From positions 58,218,001 to 58,282,000 of the forward strand of contig OZ024744.1 of the NCBI GenBank assembly GCA_964016885.1: a stretch of 64,000 nt of DNA, given 5' to 3'. The notes below the pieces were generated by a model. The model ran no database searches. It saw only the letters and a program-made list of their open reading frames with translations, and was not told where the DNA came from. A program made the position numbers and the translations under genes. Every line of letters starts with the position of its first letter. Positions within the stretch are counted from its first letter, which is position 1. Shown piece after piece: positions 19,099 through 30,429 of this stretch. This DNA comes from Eledone cirrhosa (taxonomy: Eukaryota).

Positions 19099-19363
19099 CC
19101 AAGGCGGGTAAAATTCCTGAGATCCATGGACGACTTCTCTCCAGCGGTCTCTGTCCCTCATTATCGCTGCCACGTCCTGTATCTCCAACAGACCAGTGTC
19201 TGTTCTTAGGGCATCAACATACGTCAATCTTGGTCTTCCTCTTCCAGTGTGTCCATGTAGGGGCTCCCAAAGGAGCACTGAGTGCAATGTTAACTCTGGA
19301 TGTCGGTGAGCATGTCCAGCCAACCTCAGTCTCCTCTGTGTCACTTTTAAGCTGACTTTTGGG
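19099..19363 (-). mobile_element. 3' fragment of an RTE-type LINE, family C
   Basis: VTQRRLRLAGHAHRHPE...[12 protein letters not shown]...EFYPP; close homolog of 20895-21157 in the opposite orientation. Confidence 0.88.
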
Positions 19364-19824
19364 TTATGATATATATATATATATATGATATGATATATAT
19401 ATATGATATATATCTATCTATCTATATATATATGATATCCATCTATCTATATATATATATATGATATATATCTATATATATATATATGACATATATATAT
19501 ATATGATATATATATATATATGTTATATATATATATGATATATATATATATATATATGATATGTTATATATGATATGTTATATATATATATATGATATGT
19601 TATATATATATATGATATGATATATATATATATGATATGATATATATATATGATATGATATATATATATATTTGATATGATATATATATATATATATATG
19701 ATATGTTATATATATATTTCTGATATGTCATATATATATATATATATATGATATGTTATATATATATATATATATGATATGTTATATATATATATATATA
19801 TGATATGTTATATATCATATATAT

Positions 19825-21173
19825 ACCAAAGAAGTGCCAAAGAAGGGAGATCTCTCTAACACCAACAACTACCGGGGGATCTCACTGACGTCACTTGTGG
19901 CAAAGACCCTCAACAGGATGATTCTTAACAGGATCCAGCCTGAGATGGAGAAGAAGCTCAGGGACAACCAGAACGGCTTCAGAGAGGGAACATCAACCAC
20001 CAGTCACATCCTGATGCTGAGGAGGATATTAGAGGGAGCTAGAGCAAAGTGCCTTCCTGCGGTCATGGTTTTCATTGACTTTAGGAAGGCCTTTGATTCT
20101 GTGGACCGTTACTGCCTGATGAAGATCTTACAGGCTTATGGAATCCCCAAGAGGATAGTGGACCTGATATCACTGCTCTACACCAACACCAAATCCCAAG
20201 TCATTACACCTGATGGGATGACAGAGTTCTTTGAGATACTGGCTGGAGTGCTCCAGGGAGATACATTGGCTCCCTACCTTTTTATCATCGTAGGGGACTA
20301 TTGTATGCGCCTTGCACTGGAGAAACACCAGGACACTGGCTTTACTGTAGCACCGGCTCAGAGCAGGAGAGTTGGGGTGAAAAAGGTATCGGATGCTGAA
20401 TTTGCCGACGACATAGTTTTGATGACAAATACAGTGAAGGAGGCAGAGGATTTGATGCGGGAGGTTGAGACTGTGTCGATGAGTGTGGGGCTGAGAATGA
20501 ATGAGACTAAAACAAAATATCTGGTAGAGAATGTTGAGAAGCCAGAGGGGATCACTAATGTAGGCGGGAAGCCGCTGGAATTGGTTGAGGACTTCCTGTA
20601 TTTGGGAGCAAAGATTGCGAATACGGAAGATGATGTGGTTGAGAAGAAGAGCAAGGCCTGGGCGGTGTGTCACAACTTGAGATCGGTGTGGAAGTCGGAC
20701 CTTCGTAGAGACCTGAAAATCCGCCTCTTCATTGCTGTAGTGGAGTCTGTGCTGCTGTATGGGTCTGAGACTTGGACACTGACCAAGAGACTCACTCAGA
20801 TGGTGGATGGGTGCTACACGAGAATGCTGAGGATGGCTCTGAACATTAATCAGTATACACTGAGGATGAAAAACTCAGAGCTGTATGGGAGCATCCCAAA
20901 AGTCAGCTCAAAAGTGACACAGAGGAGACTGAGGTTGGCTGGACATGCTCACCGACATCCAGAGATGACATTGCACTCAGTATTCCTCTGGGAGCCCCTA
21001 CATGGACACACTAGAAGAGGAAGACCAAGGTTAACATATGTTGATGCCCTAAGGACAGACACTGGTCTGTTGGAGATGCAGGATATGGCAGCGATAATGA
21101 GGGACAGAGACCGCTGGAGAGAACTCGTCCATGGGTCTCGGGAATTTTACCCGCCTTAGATAGATAGATAGAT
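19825..21173 (+). mobile_element. 5'-truncated RTE-type LINE, family C, uninterrupted RT frame 19834-21159, (TAGA)n tail
   Basis: PKKGDL...NYRGISL...QNGFR...FIDFRKAFDSV...GVLQGDTLAPYLF...FADDI...DFLYLG...LLYGSETW; stop TAG runs straight into TAGATAGATAGA. Confidence 0.92.
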
Positions 21174-21899
21174 GTTATATATATATATATATGATATGTT
21201 ATATATATATGATTTGTTATATATATATATATGATTTGTTATATATATATATATGATTTGTTATATATATATATATGATTTGTTATATATATATATGATT
21301 TGTTATATATATATATGAATTGTTATATATATATATGATTTGTTATATATATATATATATGACATGATATATATATATATATGATTTGTTATATATATAT
21401 GACATGATATATATATATATGATATGATATATATATATATGATATATATATATATATGATATGATATATATGTATATGTATGATATATATATATGATATG
21501 ATATATATATATATGATATATATATATATGATATGATATATATATATATATATGATATGATATATATGTATATATATGATATATATATATATGATATATA
21601 TGTATATATATGATATATATATGATATGATAGATATATATATATATGATATATATATGATATGATATATATATGTTATGATATATATATATATATATATG
21701 ATATGATATATATATGTTATGATATATATATATATATATATATGATATGATATATATATGATATGATATGATATATATATATATGATATATATATATATA
21801 TATATGATATATATATATATATGATATATATATATATATGATATGCTATATATATATATATATATATGATATGCTATATATATATATATATATATGATT

Positions 21900-21942
<43 letters not shown>

Positions 21943-22240
21943 ATATATATATATTACAGAAACCCATGAAGCTAGATTTAACACCTTTCTAGTGGGTCCG
22001 GGTATGATTTTACATTCATTTAAATTATTGACGTATTGTTTTATTGATATTTTTTATCTGTTTGGCCCGAATCTTCCTTTATCGATTTTAAATCGTATGG
22101 TTGATTGTAGACTTGTTCTATATGTGACGGTATTTTAACGATAGTTATAGCTCTGATTCATCTGAATTATTGAGCCCTCTGCCGCTCATATCGAATTTCG
22201 TTTTTCGTGAACTCGTGCGCCGATTTTTCGATACTCGATC

Positions 22241-22289
<49 letters not shown>

Positions 22290-22441
22290 ATATATATATA
22301 TATATATATATGATATATATATATATATATATATATGATATATATATATATATCTGATATGATATATATATATATGATATGATATATATATATGTATGAT
22401 ATGATATATATATATGTATGATATATATATGTATGATATAC

Positions 22442-22480
<39 letters not shown>

Positions 22481-22861
22481 ATATGATATATATATATGTA
22501 TGATATGATATATATATATATGTATGATATGATATATATATATATGTATGATATGTTATATATATATATATATATGATATATATATATATGTGTATGATA
22601 TGATTTGATATATTTATATGTATGATATCATATATATTTATATGTATGATATCATATATATTTATATGTATGATATCATATATATTTATATGTATGATAT
22701 CATATATATATATATGTATGATATGATATATATATATGTATGATATGATATATATATATATGTATGATATGATATATATATATGTATGATATCATATATA
22801 TGTATGATATGATATATATATATATATATGATATATATATATGATATGATATATATATATA
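21174..22861. repeat. (TA)n/(ATGAT)-variant microsatellite with a non-repetitive island at 21954-22247
   Basis: Directly visible. Confidence 0.93.
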
Positions 22862-24316
22862 TGATTTTATTCCTGGCTGTGGGGTCCTTTAGCTTCCATA
22901 TTTTTCTCCTGAGGATAGTCCTCTTCTGCTGTCGAGTACGTCTCGTCCTGACTATGAGGTCGCTAATTATCAGTCTATGTTGGGAGGTGCATTCTTCATG
23001 GGGGAGGGATTTGGTGTTTACAACAGAACTCTGTCACGTCTTCTGGTAAGGATATAATCTACCTGGCTTGTGTGTTCCCCGGATCTATAGGTGATCAGGT
23101 GATTGTCACGTTTTTTGAAGTTAGTGTTACAGATAGTTAGGTTATTTGCATCACAGAATTCCAGGATTCTGGAGCCTTCCTCATTTCTAGTACCAAACCC
23201 ATAGCCTCCATGGATTTCGTCGTAGCCGTCACAATGTTGTCCAACGTGACCATTTAGGTCGCCTGCAATAATTATATAGTCACTGTCGGATATTTGGGAG
23301 GTAGTTAGCATCAGTGTCTCATAGAATCTGTCTTTTATAGTGCCGGGCAGTCCGGATTGGGGTGCGTACGCGGATATTACTGTCACCATAGTTCTATTGA
23401 GGACAAGTCGTATTTTAATTATTCTGTCGTTCACTCTATTTACGTCTATTATCTTATCTGCCCACTTTTCCGCTACCATGATTACTACTCCACCCAGCCC
23501 ATCGTCGTTTCCCACCCAGAAAAGCTTATAACATCGTTTTTTACCCTCAATGAATCTAGCAGACCCACCCCTCCACCTGGTCTCTTGAATACAACAAACA
23601 TCGACCTCCTTACGTTCAAGCATTTCTACAACCTCGTTAGCGCGACCCTTTAGGGTGCCTACATTTATGGTACCAACTCTGAAGTTTTGGATTGCGTTTG
23701 GGGGTTGGGGGCGGTGGGGGGCGGGGGGCGATGAGGTTATGTTAGCCGTCCGCGGTCGAAACAATGAGTGCTCGCATTCTCGTCCAAGAGGTGAACTTGT
23801 CTTTATCTTTGGCATTGCCGCTGAGCGTCCAGATTTTTCTCTCTCTCTCCTCCACTTTCCAGGATTCCGCAGTCCATCCATCCATCCATCATATATCGAA
23901 AGGCAAGCGATAGTATAGGCCTCTGGCTTCTGATTGGTCCGCGTAATAATAATACTGGTGATGCGTGGGGGCTCTGGCTTATGATTGGTCCACGTAATAG
24001 CAATGGTGGTGCGTGGGGGCGGGAGGGAGGGGTGTTGGGTAGCTAGATAGAAGGTAATGATTGAATGGGGTCCTTGCATTTAACAAGCGATTAACAAAAA
24101 TACAAAATTTGTTTTGTTCAATACGACCAAAAACTTTTGTATCTAACAATTAATGGATACAAAAAATGTAGATTGTTTTAGCGATAGATTGGTTGGTTAT
24201 TTGGACTTGATACGAATATGGTTTGTGGAGGCAGAGATGAAGAGAAAAATATGTACATTATGTTACATGAATATCGTGGGGTAGACAGCAAAGCAATGGA
24301 ATTTGGCGAATTGAAT

Positions 24317-24352
<36 letters not shown>

Positions 24353-24510
24353 AGGGGGGGGATGTGGCTGCATGATGATTGACCGCCGTGCCCTCGGAGT
24401 AGAGCGGGTGGGGGTCGAGGCGAGGAAGCGGGATTTTCGAGTTTCGAAAGAAGGAAGAAGGAAGAAGGAAAGGATTTTGTTTTTTGTTTTGAAAATACGC
24501 TAGAATTAGG
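22862..24510 (-). mobile_element. RTE LINE 5' portion (5' UTR plus APE endonuclease), frameshifted near 23020
   Basis: ORF 24079-23018: GTINVGTL...DVCCIQETRW...ISAYAPQ...AGDLNGHVG...QVDYIL; continues after a shift as EECTSQHRLIISDL. Confidence 0.88.
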
Positions 24511-24511
24511 A

Positions 24512-25677
24512 GGAAGGCGTAGGTAGAAACTCCATTTTATGTCCTAAATGCAAAGTATGGGTGCATAAAAGATGTAGTGGGATCACAGGTAAGCTAACTA
24601 AGAACATAGATTTTACATGTGGCCGGTGTTCTGGTGCAATAAGTAGCAGCAAGTGCCCACAAAATACTAGCTCTTTCAATTGCGCAGAGGGTTCTATAGA
24701 AATAGTGGACAGCTTCCGTTACCTGGGCGATAAAATCAGCAGTGGGGGAGGGTGCTCTGAAAGTACTGTAGCTAGAGTCAGAACTGGGTGGAAAAAGTTC
24801 AGAGAGCTTATACCACTATTAGCTGCTAAAGGGTTCTCCCTAAAAATGAAAGGCAGGTTGTACGATGCCTGCATACGAACAGCAATGCTGCATGGCAGTG
24901 AGACCTGGGCATTGTGTGCAGAGGATATACGCAGACTAGAGAGGAACGAAGCTTGCATGCTCCGCTGGATGTGTAACAGTAATATACGTGAACGGCAAAG
25001 CATAAACGAACTAAGGAAAAAATTAGAGATAAGAGGGATCAGATGTTGTTTACTCGAGAGAAGGCTATGTTGGTATGGACACGTGATGCGCATGAAAGTC
25101 GATAGCTGTATAACAAAGTGCAGGGCAATAAAGATAGACGGTAGTCACGGAATAGGCAGACCTAGAAAAACCTGAGACGAGCTGATAAACTCCAACATCA
25201 CACACTTACACCTCTCCAAGACAATGTCACTGGACCGAGACCTTTGGCGGTACTCAGTAACAGAGAAGACCCGCCTTACCTAAATATATAGTAAAACCTA
25301 CTCTAACCAGTAGGCATCTCTAACAAAATACACCCCGTCCCACCACCACCACCCCCACCCCATCCACACCACCCCGTTCTATGTAAAGTTATGTTGGTGC
25401 CGCGCCATAGGCCGAAACAAATGAGATCGTGTAGGTGTCACGACAAAAAAAACACACAGTCCACGCTGTAATGTGGCCGTGTAGGCAACACGGTAAAAAC
25501 CTCCCAGACCCACACTGTAAATGTGGTTGGTGTTAGGAAGGGCATCCAACTGTAGAAAACCTGCCAGACAGTCCTATGCGAGCAAGACAATCACTCTTGC
25601 CTCAAGTGGGACTACCCCCGTCCAAACCCATGCAAGCGTGGAACACGGACGTTAAACGTTGATGATGATGATGATGA

Positions 25678-25681
<4 letters not shown>
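24512..25681 (+). mobile_element. RTE LINE 3' portion, family B, with (GAT)n tail
   Basis: GVGRNSILCPKCKVWVHKRC...DSFRYLGD...MLHGSETW...WYGHVMRM...GRPRKT* (premature TGA at the Trp position); 3' UTR similar to family A. Confidence 0.9.
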
Positions 25682-25726
<45 letters not shown>

Positions 25727-25745
25727 ATATATATATATATATATA

Positions 25746-25818
<73 letters not shown>

Positions 25819-25830
25819 ATATATATATAT

Positions 25831-27050
25831 AGAGAATAAATTCCAAACCTGGATGCAGGGACTAGAGAGAAAGGGCCTCAAAGTCAACATGACAAAGACT
25901 AAGGTCCTTGTAAGTAGACGAGAAAACAGAACCCAGATCCCCTCAGGGAAATGGCCTTGCTCAGTATGTAGGAAAGGTGTAGGTAGGAACTCCATTCTCT
26001 GCCCCAAATGCAAACAATGGGTACACAAGAGATGTAGCGGGATCTCAGGAAGCTTAATTAAGAATGTAGGATTCACATGCAGCAGCTGTGCTGAAACAGC
26101 AAGCAAACAGCCACAGGAAACAAGTACCACCAATCTCTGGGAGGGCCCTGTAGAAACAGTAGACAGCTTCTGCTACCTAGGTGACCGAATTAGCAACGGA
26201 GGTGGGTGGTCAGAAAGTACAATAACTAGGGTAAGAACGGGATGGAAGAAGTTTAGGGAACTACTACCACTGCTAGCTGCAAAAGGCTTCTCCCTCAGAA
26301 TGAAAGGCAGACTGTATGATGCGTGTATCCGAACAGCGATGTTGCATGGTAGTGAGACCTGGGCGCTGAAGGTGGAAGACTTACGTAGATTAGAGAGAAA
26401 CGAAGCCTGCATGCTCCGATGGATGTGTAACAGTAATATACGTGAACGACAAAGCATAAAGGAATTGAGAGAGAGACTGAGCATAAGAGGAATCAAATGC
26501 TGCGTGCAGGAGAGGCGGTTACGCTGGTATGGACATGTGATGCGTATGAAGGATGACAGCTGCATAAAAAGGTGCAGAGCACTAGAAGTTGATGGAAACC
26601 GCGGAGTGGGGAGACCCAAGATGACTTGGGATGAGGTGATAAAAGCCGACCTTACCCAACTACACCTCTCAAAGACAATGACACACGACCGTGACTTCTG
26701 GCGTCACGCAGTAATACAGGGTACCCGACCTCCCATGGGTACAAGCTGAAGCATATAGACAATATGCCCCACACCCTCCCACTGCAAGGTGGTCGTGGAG
26801 GTGCCACGGCAAAAAAGCACCCAGCCCACACTGTAAAGTGGACGTGTAGGCGCCACGAAAAAGCACCCAGCACTCACTGTAAATGAGGTTGGTGTTAGGA
26901 AGGGCATCCAGCTGTAGAAATCAAGCCAGATCAGTTCCTGTATGAGCAAGGCATGGTCAGCCAACCAGACACTGCCCACAACAGGACAACCCGTCTAACC
27001 CATGCTAGCGTGGAAGAACGGACGTAAAACGGTGATGATGATGATGATGA

Positions 27051-27054
<4 letters not shown>
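25831..27054 (+). mobile_element. 5'-truncated RTE LINE, family A, with PHD-type finger in the RT C-terminal region and (GAT)n tail
   Basis: GLKVNMTKTK...WPCSVC...CPKCKQWVHKRC...CSSC...FCYLGD...RLRWYGHV; stop at 26749. Confidence 0.92.
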
Positions 27055-27105
<51 letters not shown>

Positions 27106-27224
27106 ATATATATATATATATATATATATGATATGATATATATATATATATGATATACATATATATAATATGATATATATATATATGATATGATATATAT
27201 ATCTATATGATATAATATATATAA

Positions 27225-27733
27225 AACATGACAATAAGGACAGGCACCCAATATTTGAACTTGTTTATAGAATTCTCTTTGCCTTTGTCACTCTAAATAG
27301 AGCTTTAACGAATAAGCTTTTAAAGAATTTCCTTTTTCTTTAAACCCATCAAGCATGACTGACCCCCAACCATCTTATAGACACCTGAAATATAGGTATT
27401 GTTGGCTTAAGAGAAACTTAAAAATAAGGAGTGACACTCCAATTTGAACTTCTTTATAGAATTCTTTCTGCCTTCGTCACTCAAAATATAAATTATAGCT
27501 TTAAAGAATTAGCTTTTAATGTATTCCCTTTTCTTTCAACTAATGACCTCCACACATCCCACTCCAGAAAAGATATAAATACCACCACATTTATTTGGAC
27601 AGTCAGATCCCTGATGGTTTCTCAAGAATGAAACAGTTCTAGTCCTGTAGAATCTCATCTATATTAAAACTTTTATACTCTGCTATGTATACCTTACTTA
27701 CCGTGGTTATCTCCGATTCAACCCGGAATAACT

Positions 27734-27737
<4 letters not shown>
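27225..27737 (+). mobile_element. Unclassified repeat, possibly a Penelope-type terminal region
   Basis: Contains an internal ~100-bp diverged duplication (27245-27342 vs 27433-27540). Its last 125 bp are homologous to the reverse complement of 32935-33064. Flanked by TA repeats. Confidence 0.45.
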
Positions 27738-27773
<36 letters not shown>

Positions 27774-27776
<3 letters not shown>

Positions 27777-29149
27777 TTAGTTTTGCGAGGTTTTTTATAT
27801 GAAATCGTGTGTCGAAACAAATATTGTTATACTTGGGCAGGGTCATATTTGTGTAATATTGCCAGAATTAATAACAAACGCACTCACTGTTTGGTTGGTT
27901 TTCGCTTCTGGGTCCTTTATATCGGTTAATTTAATTTATTCGGTCCTCAATGTTACCATTGACTGACCAACGGTCAAAAATACAGATACAATATAGACAC
28001 AAACACATATATATAGTCTAACAAAGTTCTTTCGTTGCACATCTGCAACATTGTTAGTGGTGCTATTATGTTTCCTCCCATTGTATTGTATGCCTACGCC
28101 ATCTTTATGTAGTCTGTTTATTTATTTATTTATTTGTTTATTTGTTTTGTCTTTTTGTCTTCTCTGCGTTTGCGTGTGTGTATAGTGTTTTGTTTAATGT
28201 GTGTTCGTGTTTGGGTGACTGTGTATTGGTTATTGTATTCTATCTTAGTTTACTAGTGTGTTTATATGTGTCTGTTGTTATTGTGCTTGTGTATATATTT
28301 ATTTATTTATTTATTTATACTTCTCTTAGGTCAGTGTTGTTTGTTTGGGTGTTCCATTCATTTTTTCTGTATAGCCTTGGCCTTCTAAGTTCTATTTCGC
28401 TGGCCTCTCTGATTTGCCTATCTGCTGGGTCATTTCTATGTTTAGATATTATTCTAACTTCTATGTTGTCTATGTTACCGTTGTGTTGTTGTCTGGCATG
28501 TTCTTATAGTACTGAACCGTTTTTTCGTCCTTTTAGTGCGGTTGATGAAGTGTTGGATGTGTCTTTCCATTTCTGTTGGGTCGCACATGCGGGACACGTT
28601 CTTCATCACTCGTACCAAGTCTGCGATCAGAATATTAAACTTAGCACTACTGGAAATTGCTGAGTTTTTGAGTATCAGGTATTTGGAGGCCATGGGTTTA
28701 GCATAGTGTGAGTGGAGAATTTGGGCTCTCTCGTCTATAGTGTTAATCCAAAGTTCCGTGTCTAATACAGGTAGTCTATTGTTAGGGTGTTTGGAAGGGT
28801 AGTCGATAGTTACAGTTATACTCTGGTGTATGGAATTAGCTATCTGCTGGGTGCTTTCCATTGTGCTACGTCCTAAATCAAACTTGTTAGTGCTCTCTTG
28901 TGGGGATGTCCTTATTATTATATTGATGTCATCTACGTAACGAGAGTAGATGATGAGGTCTATGAAGCTCTCATCAAGGAGATCTTTGAGTCTCTTTTCC
29001 CACCATACCATAAAAAGGTTGGCAACGTCACCTGCTATGGTGACGCCAATGGCTGCTCCCTCATTTTGGGTGTAGATCTTCTCGTTGAACTTGAATATGT
29101 GGCCCTTTAGAGTAGTTTTGATACTAGCCCCTATTGCATGTGCGACCAT
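27774..29149 (-). mobile_element. Penelope-like retroelement, 5'-truncated and internally deleted (RT core plus GIY-YIG C-terminus)
   Basis: YTQNEGAAIG...YSRYVDDI...DYPSKHPNNRLPVLD...HYAKPMAS. After a junction near 28538 another frame gives SVL*EHARQQH...RQIREASEI...KNEW...DLREV* (stop 28315). Confidence 0.85.
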
Positions 29150-29160
29150 ATGTATATATA

Positions 29161-29451
29161 TAAGCAAAAGGGATATTCAATTTGTTGCTAATTCAACAAA
29201 TATGATTATAACTGATTCAGAGCACTCGACAAGTTTTCTGGAGTGTAATATTCAATGATATTAAATAAATGGAAACTATCCAAGGAATACTTGAACCGTT
29301 AAAGTATTTTTCCTTGGTTATGTCAAAATTTATAAAACAAACTTTGTATTTTATTTTATCTGATGAAAGCGTACCAATGTTTTGGTACCCTTGAAATATA
29401 TATAATAGAATAAATAAGGTTTTATAAATATAGTTTCCATTTATTTAATAT
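29161..29451 (+). mobile_element. Short structured element carrying a hammerhead ribozyme (retrozyme-like monomer or solo Penelope pLTR)
   Basis: Flanked by TA repeats; 22-bp perfect inverted repeat 29258-29279/29430-29451 encloses the ribozyme; a diverged inverted copy of its first ~90 nt lies at 29680-29769. Confidence 0.6.
29352..29412 (+). ncRNA. Minimal type I hammerhead ribozyme, second family
   Basis: UAUUUUAU CUGAUGA AAG-C-GUACCAA-UGUU-UUGGUAC-C-CUU GAAA UAUAUA UA | AUAGAAUA; palindromic stem III; predicted cleavage after 29404. Confidence 0.75.
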
Positions 29452-29826
29452 ATATATATATATATAAATATATATATACACACACACACACATGTATACA
29501 TAGATATATACACACACACACCTTACATACACACACATATATAAATATACACACACACACATACACGTGCGTCTGTGTGTGCATAAACATATAGACAGAC
29601 AAACTATAAATACACACACGCTCGCTGGTGGGAGTATAAAAAGGGGAGTCCCAAAAAATGAAAAAAAGAAAATATGATATAATACTCTAGAAGACCTTCG
29701 AGTGCTTTGAATCAGTCAAAATTACATATCTTTGCTGAATAACCGACAAAATAAACATCCCTATGCTTATAAATACGCATACACATACACACACATATAT
29801 ATATATATATATACACACATACCTCA

Positions 29827-30160
29827 GGTGTCACGCAGTAATACAGAGTACCCGACCTCCCATGGGTACAAGCATATAGACAATATGCCCCACACCCTCT
29901 AAGGTGGTCGTGGAGGTGCCACGGCAAAAAAGCACCCAGCCCACACTGTAAAGTGGACGTGTAGGTGCCACGGAAAAAGCACCCAGCACTCACTGTAAAT
30001 GAGGTTGGTGTTAGGAAGGGCATCCAGCTGTAGAAATCAAGCCAAAATCAGTTCCTGTATGAGCAAGGCATGGTCAGCCGACCAGACACTGCCCACAACA
30101 GGACAACCCATCTAACCCATGCTAGCATGGAAGAACGGACATAAAACGGTGATGATGATA
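29827..30160 (+). mobile_element. RTE family A 3' UTR fragment with short (GAT)n tail
   Basis: Homologous to 26700-27050. Confidence 0.88.
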
Positions 30161-30220
30161 GATAAATATATATATAATATATGCATATATATATACACAC
30201 ATATATATATATATATACAC

Positions 30221-30317
<97 letters not shown>

Positions 30318-30429
30318 CACACATATATATATACACATACACACACACACATACATATAAAATAATAAAAACACGTATATATGTATGTACACATAAACCT
30401 CTCTGCATATGCGCCCACATATAACCTTA

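Noticed and set aside
24395-24440. HDV-like ribozyme in the RTE 5' UTR (TCCTCGC on the minus strand)
   Set aside because: Could not form P3 or P1 pairings around the motif.
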